This document shows, one piece after another, positions 46,165 through 62,598 of a DNA stretch of 64,000 nt. A program made the translations under genes and the position numbers. The notes under the pieces were generated by a model. That model was given only the letters and a program-made list of their open reading frames with translations. It ran no database searches and was not told where the DNA came from. The DNA comes from the human T2T-CHM13v2.0 reference genome, Homo sapiens, in NCBI RefSeq assembly GCF_009914755.1, contig NC_060928.1; one strand, given 5' to 3'. Position 1 is the first letter of the stretch. Every line of letters starts with the position of its first letter.

Positions 46165-47600
46165 TGATTTCTGTAAAATACCTGGCCTAAATTGGCCACT
46201 TAAAGGATGGTAATACATATTTCTTCCTTCTGAATAAGGTGGCACCAGTGAATTTATTTGTAAGATTACTATATATTCAGGCTTTGTTTTAATTTGTGTA
46301 AGTTTGATAAGTTTGTATTAAAAAAAATCTGCAAGTACATTTTGAGTACTTTGTAGGCTGCTGCCAGGTATTTATAATAATGAATAAGCTTGGGATTCTG
46401 TCCTCAGGGCTGTCTTTTGGTAAGTGGGGATTTAATGATTTGAAAATTAAATCTGCTTTTAAACAGTTTCCTCCTTCCTATGGAAATTCAAAAATATCTG
46501 TACAGTAAGAGTGACACACTGTGGCAAGAGAGTGATACTTCAGATGCTGACTGTTTTTGAAAGAAAAAAGTCCTTTGAGTAGTCACTTGAGTTTTTAATG
46601 AAGAGATATGATTGGGGCCATATTGATGAGTTTTTTTCATGTAATTATTCAGGAAGTAGCAATTAGCTTTTTAACTTTCTTCCTCCTGAAAAAAAGATTT
46701 ATCATTTTTTGAGAATGATTTGTTTTACCTAAAATTGAAACAGCATGTGCAGAAATGAAAAAGTAAAGTTTACCCCAAATTCTACCAAAGATACCCACCA
46801 TTTAAGGTGTTTTGAGCATCATCTATTTATGTATACATTTGTATACTTCATACCATGTAAGCAGGATCATCTTTTCTGTGGTTTTCAGTAACTTCAGATT
46901 TACTAATAGATCCCACATTTATAGGGTACTTTGTATTTCTTAAATCTTTTTTGGGGGAAAGTTAAGTAACTTACAGGATTAAGTGATTTTTGTGTTCAGA
47001 AAACAGTAACATGGTGGCAGTAGAGTGTTCTTACATCTTTCCTTAAGTGAGAGCCCCTCTTTCCCCATCCCCAAATTGTTTATTTACTTTTTGTTAATGT
47101 TTATACTTTTATTATTTACACATATACTTAGATTAACAAATAATTCTATAGGCTTGTTCTCCGCCCCCACAAAAAAAAATCTATATCCACCCTTTTCCCC
47201 AGCCTGTTGCCCATGCTGCAGATAACTTCTTTCATGACTTTTTGTCTCATTGTTCTGATCACCTCCATATCTTTATGTAATATAGTTATAATGCACTTTT
47301 TGTCATTTGTAGGTCTTATCTATCAACTTAATATTATAGACAATAGGATTTAGTTCTCACTGTCTACCTCACTTCACATGCCCATTTTCTGTTCCCCAGT
47401 TCTGTTAATATATGTTAATATGGTAATTTTGAAGATCATTTTTAGTGTCTACATTGTTATGACTATGCAAATGCCTTTCATAGATGAACCATGTAGTGTA
47501 CTACATGATTTTTATTTTTTTCTCATTTTTTTTCCTAGTTGTTATTTGTCTCGGTTTTTCTCTTTATTTTCCTATATACTTGTCATTAGGTCAACTCTAA

Positions 47601-47915
<315 letters not shown>

Positions 47916-49794
47916 TGGGCCTGTCAGATTTTAGACACCTCTGGTAATCTGTCAGTTTCATCTCTTTTAGAAAATCAGGAATCTTATCACCTGCTCTGAT
48001 TTGGAAGTGGCCTTAGCATTTCATTTTCCTGTCATCCTGGAGAATCCTTTTGTCTCTCTCATTTTGAGTCTCTTGTTTCTGAATTCAGTGCATGCCACTT
48101 TTTTTATTCCATTGGTTTTGTAAGTGCATACTAGGTGATAGATGAATAACATAGTGAAGCTAGATGACCTGATTTTGAATTCTTGTCTGTCATTTTCTAA
48201 CAGCTTACATATCTGTAAGCAAATATCTGTAAGTGGGGTGTAATTATAGTGCCTGCCTATGGGAAAGTCTAAAAATTAAATGCCATCAGTTGCCTGGCTC
48301 TTTAAAAACATTAGCTGCAGATATTCACAATAATTTGCATTGCAAGTGTTGTGTATATTATTAATGAAATGCCAAGAAACTATTTGTTGTTTTCTGTTTG
48401 TCCACTAAGTTCTAGCCATATTGAATCAAACTTTCTAAAATCAAACTATTCTTCTTTTTTTGTTGTTGTTAAATATCCATGCCCACCCTATAGCTTTTTA
48501 AATCAGATTTATGGCTGGGCTTATGGGCACATTACCCACAATATATTAAGACTAACTGTTTTAGCCTCCCTTGTGATCGTTTGACAAAGTTCATTCCAAT
48601 GGGATGTGAGCAGTGGTATGTTACAACTTTTGGAAAGTGTTGTTTCTTCCTGCCGGTAGAAGGGTCAATATGATGGTGGATGTTGAGGTTATTGAAGCAA
48701 CAGAGTTAGAAGAATCCTTAATTTTGGAAGCAACATACCAAATCTGAATCAGTTCCTCAGATTTTTATTTACATGAGAGATTAATAACTTTATTTAAACC
48801 TGTGATATTTGGGTTTACTGTCACAGCAGAATCTAATCACAGTAAATTCATTCAATTAAACTCTTTTTCCTTTAAAAAACTGTCTACTGCTGTTTTACAT
48901 TCGTGGTTAGTGGATTGTTATTAGATAGATCTAAATTCTAAATCAGCAGCAGTCATTTTGATCATCTCTAAAGTTGGTTTACCTGTGTGGGAGGGGAGAG
49001 GTAGGGAGTGTTAAGGGGTCCTAAGGAGTTGTTCTGAAATTTCAACTTCAAAATAACCAAAAAGTGAAGTTCAGTTAAAAATCTCATAACCAACCCTTAA
49101 CTGTTAAAGCGTCCTGAAGTAAGAATGACCTTGTACTCCCCTTCATTGCCTCCCCCATTTTGTTATTACAAGAAATTTAAGCACACAGTGTTATAATGAA
49201 CCCCCATGTGTTTCTTCCATACTCTTGTCCACTTCCTTCCATCATATTATTTTGAAGCACATCTCAGACATCATTTTATCCTTATAATTTTAAATGTGTA
49301 TCTCCTGAAGAAACCATAACATTCTTATATCTAATAAAAATCATCAATAATGTCTTAATATCAAAATATTCAGAGTTCAAATTTCCAGTTGTCTCATAAA
49401 TGCCATAGTGTTTGTTCATTTGTTTTATAGTTTGTTAGTTTGAATTAAGATCCAAGTAAGGTCCACTTATTAAGATTGCTTGATAGGTCTTTTAATCTGT
49501 AGATTCCTCATCCCTCTCTCTCTCCCCCTTCTGTTTTTCCAGTTTTTGGTAAAGAAACTGGGTCATTTGTTCTATAACTCTCCTGTCTAAACTTTTCTGA
49601 TTATACCTCCCCAGTGTAGTTTAACATGTTCCACTGGACTAGTACTTTCTGTAAAACGATCATTAGAAGGTTAAATGCACCCACCAATATTATTACATAG
49701 TTAGTGATGTGTTCTTTCATCAGAAGACAGTAATATCTGATTGTTACTTTTTGTAACATTAGCATCTGTTGATGCTACATGTCTGGATCCATAA

Positions 49795-50118
<324 letters not shown>

Positions 50119-51096
50119 TGCAAAAATAATATTTTAATACTGTTATTGCTGCTTGTTGAGGAAGTATCTATAAAAGAACTTCTTACATCTACCACTCTAA
50201 ATGTTGCCGTTCATATACAAAATTCAGAATAAATGTTTATTCTTTCCTTTAATTTTCCAGCTCTCAAAGTGATTGGTCACCCCCACCTTTTAACCCTTTC
50301 TTGTGGCTTCCAAATGACCATAATTAATTTATGCTCTCAAAAAATAAGTAAAAGGAAGAAAATTTTTTTAATAAATAAAAAGACATCAAACTTAAATGTG
50401 TAAATTGGTACAGCTTAAGTGAATTTGTGATTTATGTCTGCTGTAATTTTTTTTATATTAGGAAGTTTCAGCTATGAAGGAAATTTTACACTTCAAAAAG
50501 CTGTTCAGTGGCAGAAAATATGATAATGACAGATTAGATCACAATATGCTAATTTTTTCAGAGTTACCTCTCGTGTAACACAGCTTTTGAAAATATTTGA
50601 ATAGTACTATATTCTTTTTTAAGTGAAAAAAAAAAAGAAACCTGTAATTGCTTTATAAAGATTCAGTGTGCTTCAGCTTCACTTTGAATATATCCACTTA
50701 GTATAATCTAACATTGGTTTTCTTAATAATGGTTGTGTGACTTACATGTTAGGAATCTTCACAGTACACATTTTACTTTTTATCTGTTTCTCAGAAAATA
50801 TTGACTGTTATTTATCACTAAACTCATAATATGCTTAGGCACTAACCTTCAACAATACAGTAACATCTTTAGATTTCTACCGAATTGTGAATATGTTATT
50901 AGATGAATATTTACCTCTCCATGTGTTTCTGGCACATATCTTCAAAGCATAACTATTATGAATAAAATTATACATTTATAACCACTGTGAATAGTTACGT
51001 ATTTAATTACTCAGAACTGTCCATGAGAAATACTATAGAAATTATTTACCATGTGGTGTATTTTATATAAATTCATTATAATTGGTGAAAGATTAA

Positions 51097-51393
<297 letters not shown>

Positions 51394-54194
51394 AGTTTAT
51401 TGTTTTTTGGCAGTTAAAACTTAACACTTCACTTTTTGAAATTATTTCTTCCTTGGCTTCTCTGATACCACATCCTACATTTCTTCTTGCTCTGTCTTTT
51501 TAAATGCTTCTAAATGTTGGTGTTCTTCAAGGTTTTGCTCTCAGTCTTTTAATCTCCAATTTCATGTGCTTTTCCTTAGGTAATCTCATCAGCATCTTTG
51601 ACTTTGATGGTCACCTGTGTGGCATCTTTTTCTCCAGCTTACATCTCTTCCCTAAGATACAGATCTTTATTTAACTAACCACTGGCTCTTTCTCGAAAAT
51701 TTGGTAGCTGCCCCAAATTTAATATATCCAGAAACAGACTTCCTTTGCCATCTTGGTAAATTTTAATCTCAATAGATGGTACCACTAATCTGTTAGCATT
51801 GAAGCCAGAAGTCTGGGAGTCAGGCTTAACTCTTCATTCATCTCCCCACACTTAATGGGTTCTACCTCCTGAAGATCGTGAATCTTATCAGTTTCTCCGT
51901 GTCCAACACAGACCACTATTGTCTCTCAACTCAAAGCCTTCTTAATAGTTTTTTGCTCTCAAGCCTTCTTCACATTACTCTCATAGAGTTCTTTCTAAAC
52001 AGGAACTCTCTAAAACCCTTCAATAGCTTTTTAATGCCCATAAGTTCAGTTTAGAACGCATTAAAATGATTCATACCCTTACTGCCTTCCTGTTCAGACT
52101 TGTCTGTTGCTTCTCTAGGTTCTGACATGTGAATTTATCTTTCCATTAAAACAGTTCTTTTATTATTTCTGGCTTCTTACTCCATAAGGAATTACTAGGT
52201 CTTAGATTTTATTAGTCTTTTTGTGATGAGTGCCCATGAACTTTTGTTGTTTCCCTTGTTTATACCAGAGGTTATGCTTGAAATTGTTACTTGTGTTTCC
52301 CAATGTTCGTAGACCACAAGGACAGGGCTGTGTCTATCTCCCAGATAATTCAACAGTTACAGTAATTTCTGTTAAAAAAAAAAAAAAAAAAGAAAGAAAG
52401 AAAGAAATGGTAGTTGGTTACAGAAAAAAAAAAAGTGTATTTTGAACTTTTAAGGTCTTAAATTATTTTATTTAGGGAGGTACTAGTTATACAGTGAAAA
52501 GGGCATGGAATTTTTCTCTTACCCAGCTTTGTGATGTTGGAAATTGAACCTTAGTTTTTTCATCTAGATTTGGTAGGCTAGTCTTGGTAGTTGTTACGAG
52601 GATTTAATGAGTTACTGAATAAAAGGTATCTAATAGTTACTAGCACATAAATGGCACCTAATGTATGTTCATTCCTTATTTCCTGATTAATTTGTTGGGT
52701 TTCTCTCACATTTCAATGTATTACACACACATACTACAATCAGCATGAGATTGGTTTATGGCCTATAATTTTTGGTTGCATTTAAAAATAAAAGTATTTT
52801 AGCTAAAAGTTCTAATAGAACCTCCTTAAGACACTGATTGTTATCTATACTGCTGCTTATGAATAGATCTTTCCCCTGAAAAGCACAAAGTAGGGGGAGT
52901 AGGAGATCATATTGTGATTATGAATTTTGTCCCTGTGAAAAATATAGAGTAGTATGCAAATAAACTTAGTATTTAACAGTGCCATTTTTGAAGTGCTAAG
53001 AATAGATTGGATATTTTGTATATTTCCAAGTTATTCTAGGATAAATATGGAAAATGTATATTGCTATAAACTGTATTTTATTTAATTATCTTAGTATATC
53101 CAAAAAGCACTTAATTACTATTGCTTGAGCTTTTTGCTGAACTTAGAAATACTGTGATCACAGTGATTACTTAGAGTTGTTAATGTGATTCTTGTCATAA
53201 CTTGGAAAAATATGCTAAATAGGATGACATGAATAAAAATCGTGTGGTATTTTCCTAATAGATGGTTTTATTTTAGTTTCCTAGATTTAGTTCTGGCTTA
53301 TGGGATTTTCATTTTTGCCCCAAGTATTTCAAATAGCTTTTGGACTTTCTCATCCTTTCCACTAAAAATATTTTTTGTCATGTTTTATAGAATATATATT
53401 TTCAGCTATCTATCTGAAAAATTCTAGTTCTGATATAGCTTTTACATATGAAGTATTCAGTGCCTCCTTTTGAAAAATAAATACAACTATATTTTGAAAG
53501 AAATTCTGTGAGTTTTCACAGAGAACCATTTATAGTATTATATTGAAATTGGTTTTTAAAAACCTTATCTAATTATTGAATTGGTCATAGTTAACTTTTG
53601 ATTCATGTGATATCTCTCCGTGTGATAGTCTGTTTAGAAGTAAAGTATCAAGTGACAAATAATTAGAGTTTTGAAAACTTGAGGGGCTATACTTTGATGA
53701 TAGATGTGGAAAAATATCTTTTAAGATTAATCTTAATATGTAATAGTCATAGGAAATGACAAGTAGAGGTGAGAGATCAGATTTGCAGTGACTACATTTG
53801 ATACTATTACCTTTGGTATTAGGGAAAAGTGAATTTAAGATTTTGAAATGTTTTTAAAAACTTGATAGGAGATAGTAACAATTACTTGTGAATGTTTCTC
53901 TTATAAGAGAATAGCTGCCAGGGTCAAAGTAACAAGTTTGGGATTATGCATTTTTTGAGGTAAGATATATTTTACTTTAACATAATGAGTTTGATGTGTG
54001 ACAGTAGAATATAAAAGTGAAACATGTAGCAACTCAAATATAAACATGAAGAATCAGGTTCTCTTAGTAGTTGACTATAAGCTCATTAAGTAAAAGTTTA
54101 AATTAGCAAACTTGTTTTCCTCATAAAGAAATCAGGATTGCCTTTCTCTTTCCTAGATCTGAACTATTCAATTATTTTTCTTTTTATGCTATAG

Positions 54195-54395
<201 letters not shown>

Positions 54396-57300
54396 TAATC
54401 TTTGTTGAATATATTTATTCGTATTTTATCTCAATTATACAAAATATCTGAATTTATTTCTGTATCGTGCCTAGAAAGTGATATGGCAACTAGTGGTAGG
54501 AGAGAACCCCCAGGTTTTCTGTAATGGCACATAAGTGGACTATGAACTGTTTTTCATTGATTTCCCCCACCCCCAAGTAGGGTATTTTATTCTATCATAT
54601 CATTATAAATTAAAGGGGGGGATGGTATGATACTATATGACCAGTGTCTTTTTTGCCTCATAACAGGTAATTGTTTATATAATCAGAGAAACTGAAAAAG
54701 TGGTTTTAGTTACTCCTATACACAAATTTGATATCCTAAAAAAAGTCAGCTGCTTAATTGCATCAGCGTAAAACCTCCTTTCCTAGCCCATTTTCTTTTT
54801 AATCATAAATAAAATGAAATGATATCCCATACTGTGATGAAATGTTTTAAATGATAAGGCCAGCTTTTTAAATCTCCTTTTGGGGTAGAATACATCAGCA
54901 AGGGAAAGGACAGATACTTTGATTAAATAGATCATATAAGTCTACATATTTCCCCAATTTGCTACTTTCAATAAAATACTTGTCAGAATTCATGCAAAAA
55001 AAAAATACTGTCTAGTGGCCAGTACATATTAAAGTGGTTTTTGTAATTGTGATCGCCCACATTTTGCATGTTGTTGGCAGATTGGGGTGGGGGAAATTGT
55101 GTTGAACTTCCTTTAAAAGTTTGTATATTTTTAAGTAGTTTGGAGACTCAGAACTGTTCAGAATACTTCCCTTTTTAAAAAAAATAATATAAAACTGTTA
55201 ATAGTATGATATTTATAGTGGCAAAACCATGGAAACAAATGGAGTTCCTAAAATTAGGGAATAATTGAAATGAATTATGGTATATCCATACTTTGCAATG
55301 TTACACAACTTTCAAAATGAGTTACATCTGTTCAAAGTATTTCTGATAGGTTAAGATTAGCAGTAGGATCTCATTAAAATTAATTGCCTTAGTTGCTGAT
55401 TTTATTTACTTCTGATATTTTTCTAAGTTAATGATCAAAGCATATTTGCTGATCATTGGTTAATAATTTAAAATCAAGGTATGGAAAAAAAAACAAGATG
55501 ATTACTGGCCTTTAATAGTAAGCTACAATCTTTTCTGTGCCCTTCTAGGGTGCTATGGGATGGTGTAGGGAAACGTGATGCAGTTCCCACAAAGAAGCTC
55601 TTTTCTCTGTTGCATAGAAAGAACTATATCAGCAAATTTCATCTCCTAAAAGTGTAGTTGGAGCTGCTGCTTCTTGTTCTCCAGCATTGGATATGGGGAG
55701 TTCTTCACTCTACAAGACTTACCCAGTTGAGTCTACTTTATCATAATTTGGATTTTTAAAAATCAAGTGCTTTATTGCATCACTTTAAAAATTTCTCTCT
55801 CAAAACCACATTCACAAAGTCCTGTTACTTGTAAATAGTTTGATCAGGTAATAAACTATCCTTTCCATTAGACTGAGGATTTTTTAAATGAAATACTTAA
55901 TAGATGAGAAAAATAGTTGTTGTTGTTGTTTTTTTAAGTGCTTGTTGGATCTTATCCAAAGTACAACTTCTAAAACCTATATGGATAGTCTCTTTAAAGT
56001 TTATTTAAGTGCACTTTTAGGGGTTAGAATTTGTTGTCTTGATTTTTGTTCTTCAGCCAAGGTAAGAGTTGCATAAGCAATTTTTACTTGGTGTACTGGC
56101 CAGGCATTGTGGGTACTTAGTATGTAGACATTTAAAGTTGTCTCCTTGCTTTAGTAAAGGATTTATTAGCACAGAGGAAAATATTAGACTATCCTGATGA
56201 ATAACCTATCATGCTTGCATTTTTCTCTAAACAGAACAAGTTCTTCATGACGAAGTTTACTTTGCTACAAACTGTTGCAAATTTATGTGAATTGTAGGAG
56301 AAGAAAGTTTGCCTTTTAGAAATACAAATATTCCGGAATTCCTTGTGAAAAATGACATCTTTATAGGGAAAAGCTAAAGTTTTCATATGTACTTCAAAAC
56401 CATTACTTTCATAATCTTTATTTTAAAATGTCAAAATTTAAATTGTTTAAAATATAATACAGTGAGGAAAAAGAAAATAAATCCTTAGTATTTCTCCTGT
56501 TTTATTCTTACTATAGATGTAGCCATCTCTAAAGCTTTAGTTAATTAATCTATAATTTATCAGCCTTAAACTAAAAAGATTTCTCACATGTTCAGAATAC
56601 AATATATTTAATCAAGTGTGTCTTGCCTTTTGAGCTAAATCTGCCAAGGTTCTTCTGATCTTGTTCATCCTGAACTTGACAGCATGGTTCCTACCCTGTT
56701 CTTACACAGGAGCTCTGAGACCCTTTGTCAGTGATGTGAACGCAAATTAACACTGCAGATGTGGTTTCACTAACTCAAAAGTAGTAGGATGTAAATGTTT
56801 AGTTTGAACATTTCTGTCACTACAGACTAATATTGTGGTAGTATTTGCAGCAGCCATGTCATACTTACGGGACATAAACTTTTGGTCGGACAGCATCCGT
56901 AACCTGTTTTCTATGAACTGCTTTAAACAAGTCTCTCTAGCCCTGTATTTCTGTATTTTAAACTCAAATTTATCACATCACATGTACCCCTGTTGTTTCT
57001 ATTTTACGCCTTTCTCACCTTTGAAAATAATTTTGAAACTAGTTTCTCTGGCAGATTTAAACCCAATTGAATTTTCAGACTGTGGAGAAATCATAGTAAC
57101 TCTGGAGGGAATTTTTTTTTTCCCCTAACAAAACAATAACTTCAAAATAGCCTGTTGCCTCATTTTCTTTCATTATCTCAGAAAATCTTTAAATCACTTT
57201 TTTCCTTAGTGAGAGATAAAAAATCTTCAGTTCAGAGATATTTTAATACTCTGTTGAGAAGAAAGCACTTAACTTATTCAGAAGACCTGAGCAAATCCCC

Positions 57301-59158
57301 ATGTTCTTAACAGTAAATTGGTGGTTCAGATATATATTTGGTCATGAAAATTCTTAGAAAACTGTGAAGCGTCAAAATAGATGGGAAATATGATTATATA
57401 GCATCTAAATATTAGAACCAACTAGAAAAGAATATAGGTATCCTATTTTTAAATGTTGTTATAATAAATGGGTTCAGAGTCTATCAAAATTGCATTTTCT
57501 TTGGTCCTTTTACATGCTGAGAAAGGATCTGTAATTGGCAGCAGTTCCGTGATAGTAAGCAACAAAGCTACTTGTAATTTAGACAAATCTAACAGAACAG
57601 CAAACATATATACACATTAATACTTTATATTTTTATAACAAATATTTCAATGTAATAAAACCATTTCATGTCCTGATCAAAACACCTTACCATAATTTGT
57701 CATTTTGAATAAAGCAATTTTATTTAAATTTTAAAAATCTGTGTAGTTTTTTAAATTTCCTCATCACTTTTTAAAATTTGATGTTATAGTGAGTATTTTG
57801 ACAGTTAAATAGACTCTTTTCCCAATGTGTGTTGGTGATGAAGAATTTCAGTAATTTTTGTTTATTAAGAATATTTCGTGGCTATTTGTGATAGGTTGTA
57901 TGTTGGGATGGCATGTGGGTCCTTGGCTGCATTTATAAGTGATGTATGCCTACCTTATCAAGTTTCATTAGTCGTAAATTGTGAGCCTTATGTGAATAGG
58001 ATGACTAAAGAATTGGGAAGGATGCATAAAAATAATGGAAAACTCAGTGTGTTGACCGTAGGATGGGTGGGTCAGGATGAAAGATAATTTTTTCATTTCT
58101 ACTATTTACTGGTTAAGTGCTGAGCTCTGGATCACACCTGGATTGGATACTGACACTACCATTGCAGATACAGATTTGGTTAGCTACATGACCTTGGGCA
58201 AGTTACTTAACTTCTGTGAGCCGCAGTGAACTTCTCATCTGTAAAATGCAGATAATTAATATTTCCTATTTTTAATATGGATTAAATGAAATAATAATGT
58301 ATATTAAGCCCATAGCATAGTCTGAAATATGGTAAATATTCCAGTTTTAGCATTTACTCTCACCGTTATAGTAGAAATAATTGTTTTGGATCTGGAAATT
58401 AAAATGTCTATGATAACATGTTCCATTTGTTACTACTTTTATAGTAGTAGCATAGAAATTATATTGATTGGGAAAGCAAAGACCTTTTTTAAAATTCAGC
58501 AAAAGAATTGTAAAGACAGAATTAGAAAATTATAAAGACAGAATTAGAAAAGAATTATAAAAGGCAGAATTAGAAATACTGCTTTTTCTCCTACCTATAC
58601 TTTTAGTTGTATTAAATGGGAAATGTTTTATAAGTTGCATACCCCACAGTTAAAACATAGATTCTGATTTAAGATGGACATCATTCAACTACCTGTTCTT
58701 CACTCAGTTCTAATTATGTCTTGATTTCAGAGTTTGATCCTTCAACAATTTATTATACTATAGCTATGTCCAGACCCTTCCCTGTGTGCAAACAGGATAT
58801 ATGCAAGAGGAGATTAAGGGGACAGGATAAAAGCTGGAGAATGGGAGGCATGGCCTTGTCCTATGTTTTCACATTAATGTAAGGTGTTTTAGTGAATATG
58901 AGAATAGGCTTTGGAGTGAGATCGACATCCTGAATTAAAATCTTAGTCTTAACACTTTGTAGCTATGCAACCTCAGGCAAATTAAGTTTTTTTTTTTTTT
59001 TTATCTGTTAAAGTGATGATAGTAACTACTTTATGGGATTTTTAAAGGGTTAAATGAGGTGATGTTTGAAAAATGATATCTGTGCCTATGTATAATAGAT
59101 GTTCAATAAGTGATAACTGTTAATAGTTTTTAACCATTTGAACTATTGTTTTCATTCT

Positions 59159-59455
59159 GTTGTTGTTGTTGTTGTAATTGAGACAGGGTCTGGCTCTGTC
59201 ACCCAGGCTGAAGTGCAATGGCATGATCTCAGCTCACTATAACTTCTGCCTCCCAGGCTCAGGTGATCCTTCCACCTCAGTCTCCTGAGTAGCTGGGACT
59301 ACAAGCATACGTCACCATGCCTGGCTAATTTTTTTTGTATTTTTGGTAGAGATAGCGTTTTGTCAATGTTGCCCAGGCTGGTCGCGAACTCCTGAGCTCA
59401 AGCAATCTGCCCAGCACAGCCTTGCAAAGTGCTGGGATTACGGGCATGAGCCACT
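59159..59455 (-). mobile_element. Alu (AluJ-type)
   Basis: (TTG)n tail followed by reverse-complement Alu. Confidence 0.92.
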
Positions 59456-59546
59456 GTTTTCATTCCTTATAACTCTGCCATATTACTTTCCAAACAATTC
59501 ATTCTCAGGGATTAGTCTGTTTATATGTTTCCAAATTAAATAAGGT

Positions 59547-59655
59547 TTTTGACACTTGAATGCTACTTTCTACTCACTGATGTTCACTGTCTTTTAGCAT
59601 TTGCTAAAACATCAGTGAACATCAGTGAGTAGACAGTAGCATGTAAGTGTCAAAA
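59547..59655. repeat. Long inverted repeat (53/54-nt arms, 2-nt loop)
   Basis: Arms 59547-59599 and 59602-59655 are reverse complements with 4 mismatches and 1 gap. Confidence 0.95.
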
Positions 59656-60179
59656 CAAATAATTTTGCTAAACATGTGCTGTGTACATTTGTACGTAGTA
59701 TGCACATAATACACACATAAATGCGTGCTTCAGAATTATACATACCACTGATATTAGGAGTGATTGACACACATTCAGAAAGTATTTATTAAACCTACCT
59801 GGCCAAAGTAGCAAATTATGTTTGTGTTTTTTTGTCCTAATACTTTTAAGTTCTTTAATGTGCTAAAAATCAAATCAACACAATTCAATTTTCTATTATA
59901 GATACTAGCTTAGTATTAATATTATCATAGTTAATATTCTAATCATTTATGGAATTAATTTGGAGGTACTATATTATGACCAAATATGGAAATGCTTGAT
60001 TCTTACTGCCAGAAGAAATAGAATAGAGAATAAAGTTTGAGAAGATCTGAAAAATCATTTATGTCTTGGGTTCATTTTTTTTAAGTAGGTGTACATAGCA
60101 TCTAACAGTTAAAAGGTAAGATTAGACCTAGGCATTTTAGTTTTTATGTGCATTGTAATAACTAATAGAAAACTGATAG

Positions 60180-60329
<150 letters not shown>

Positions 60330-61431
60330 TAAGATTTGTTGTTGAAAGTGTCATTAAAAGGTATTCTTGCTGTCATTTAAAACATGAAACTTTTTTTTGC
60401 TACTGTAGTTAACTACTGCCACCTCAGTACCTTATATTTTATCTCATCTTTGTTTTTGATAGAGTTAGTTCTACCCTCCTCACTCCTCCCCAAGATGAAG
60501 ATAGATTTATTGTCTTTCTGATTATCAGATTAGTAAATACATGTTGCAAACATAAAAATACAAATTAAAAAATCGAAATCAAAGTCACCTGTAATTCTAC
60601 CACTTAAACAAGAACTAGTTTGGTGTCTTCTTTTCTAGATACTACCTTCTGCAGATGTTGTGTATGTACATGTGTACGTACATACATATATGTGCTTTTT
60701 CTACAGCTGCCTTTAAAATTGTAACTTAGATCCCTGTCCTTGTCAGTAAACAAATCCACATATATATCAGCAACATCATTTCAGCTATTTTATTTTTATT
60801 AGAGGTCTCTCCGGGTCTCTGTTCTTTCTCAAATCACATTGCCTTAAAGCTGAGTTCACAAAGTTTGTTATAGCCAGTAGTCCAGGTGTTGTCATATGGA
60901 AACTTGACCTTTAATCTAACATCTCTATTCCTCCAGCTATACTTTTTTGAAGTGTATATTTAAAATGAGTCATGTTCAGCAAAGAAAATGTTACACTGTG
61001 TGTTGGATTCCTAAAATAAAAGTTAACACAGATAATGATATTTGTTCCCTCATTAGCCTCTAAGAAAGTAATCTTTAGCATTGTAAGATATTTTCCCATA
61101 TATATTTCATACTGTCATTAAAACACAGATACTGTTTATCTAATAGAAAAGTGAATAATATTCACAGGATTTCAAAATACTTACAGAAATTACCGAATAT
61201 ATGTCATTTCAGTTGTGTGACTGCACTTGGAAATCAGACCTGGGTTTGGGGTCCCCAGCTTTGCCTTTCAGGAGCTATCTGATCCTTTCCAGTTGACCTA
61301 ATCTCTCAAAACTAATAATAAAATGTAGATAGTCTTTATATCATAAGATTGCATTTGCTATCAAATGAGGTATATATTATGTGAAACTATTTTTGTAACC
61401 TGTAAAGCGCAACACAATATTTATAAGTTGA

Positions 61432-61815
61432 TGGCTTAGTCAGCTAGCATTGCCATAACAAAATACCACAGACCAAGTGGCTTAAACAACAGAAATTTGT
61501 TCTTCACAATTCTGGAGGTGGACAGTCCAAGATGAGTGTATCGGTAGCTTGCGTTTCTCCTGAGTCCTCTCTTTGACTTGAAGACAGCCACTTTCTTACT
61601 CTGTCCTTATGTGGCCTTTTCTGTGTATGTACACATGCCTGATATTTCTTCTTACAAGGACAGTCATATTGGGTTCAGGCCCCACACTTATGAACTCATT
61701 TAGCCTTAATTTCCTCCTGAAAAGCCTTGTCTCTAAATACAATGGCATTTGAGGTTACGACTCCAACGTATGTATTGTCAGTGGGAAGGAGGTGGACACA
61801 ATTCAGTCCACAACA
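61432..61815. mobile_element. MaLR solo LTR (MLT1-family)
   Basis: gccataacaaaataccacagacc..gtggcttaaacaacagaaattt ... acacaattcagtccacaaca. Confidence 0.85.
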
Positions 61816-62281
61816 GTTGATAGCATTCAGTTCCCCTGAGGATCTGTATCTCCTAAGTAACTTTTTTAAACCAGTATTTTAATGATGTCTAATTTAGTTG
61901 CAGTAAAATGTACAAATATACAGCTTAGTGACTTTTTACATATATGTACACCCATGTGACTACTACCCAGAGAAGCTTTTCCATCATCCCAGAAAGTTTC
62001 TCATGCTTTTTTCCAGTTACTGCTACCACTATTCTTATACCTATCCTCGTGGATTTTTTTCTGGTTATGTAGTATATGCAGTATACTCTATACTATTTGT
62101 TTTTGGTTCATTTGGTGCAACATAATGTTATTGAGATCTATCTGTGTTCTTATATGTATCAGTAATTTTTTTGTTTCTGTTTTTGTTTTTTTAAATTGCC
62201 ATGTGGTATGGTAGTCCGTGGTATAAATACAGTGCAATTTGTTGATCTTCTTCTGTTGGATATGAATATTTAGGTTATTTC

Positions 62282-62598
62282 TTTTCTTTTCTTTTTTCTT
62301 TCTTTCCTTTTTCTTTTTAAGCAGGTGCTTGCTCTGTCACCCAGGCTGGAGTGCAGCGGCGCACTCTCAGCTCACTGCAGCCTCGACCTCTTGAGCTTAG
62401 GCAGTCCACCCACCTCAGCCCTCCCGAGTATCTGGGATCACAGACATGCGCCACCATGCCTGGCTAATTTTGTATTTTTGTAGAGATGGAGTTTTGCCAT
62501 GTTGCCCGGGCTTGTCTCAAACTCCTGGGCTCAAGTGATCCACCCACCTCAGCGTCCCCAAGTTCTGGGATTACAGGCATGCACCATGGCACCCAACC
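62282..62598 (-). mobile_element. Alu (AluJ-type) inside an old L1M fragment
   Basis: 15-bp TSD tatttaggttatttc at 62267-62281 and 62599-62613. Confidence 0.93.
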
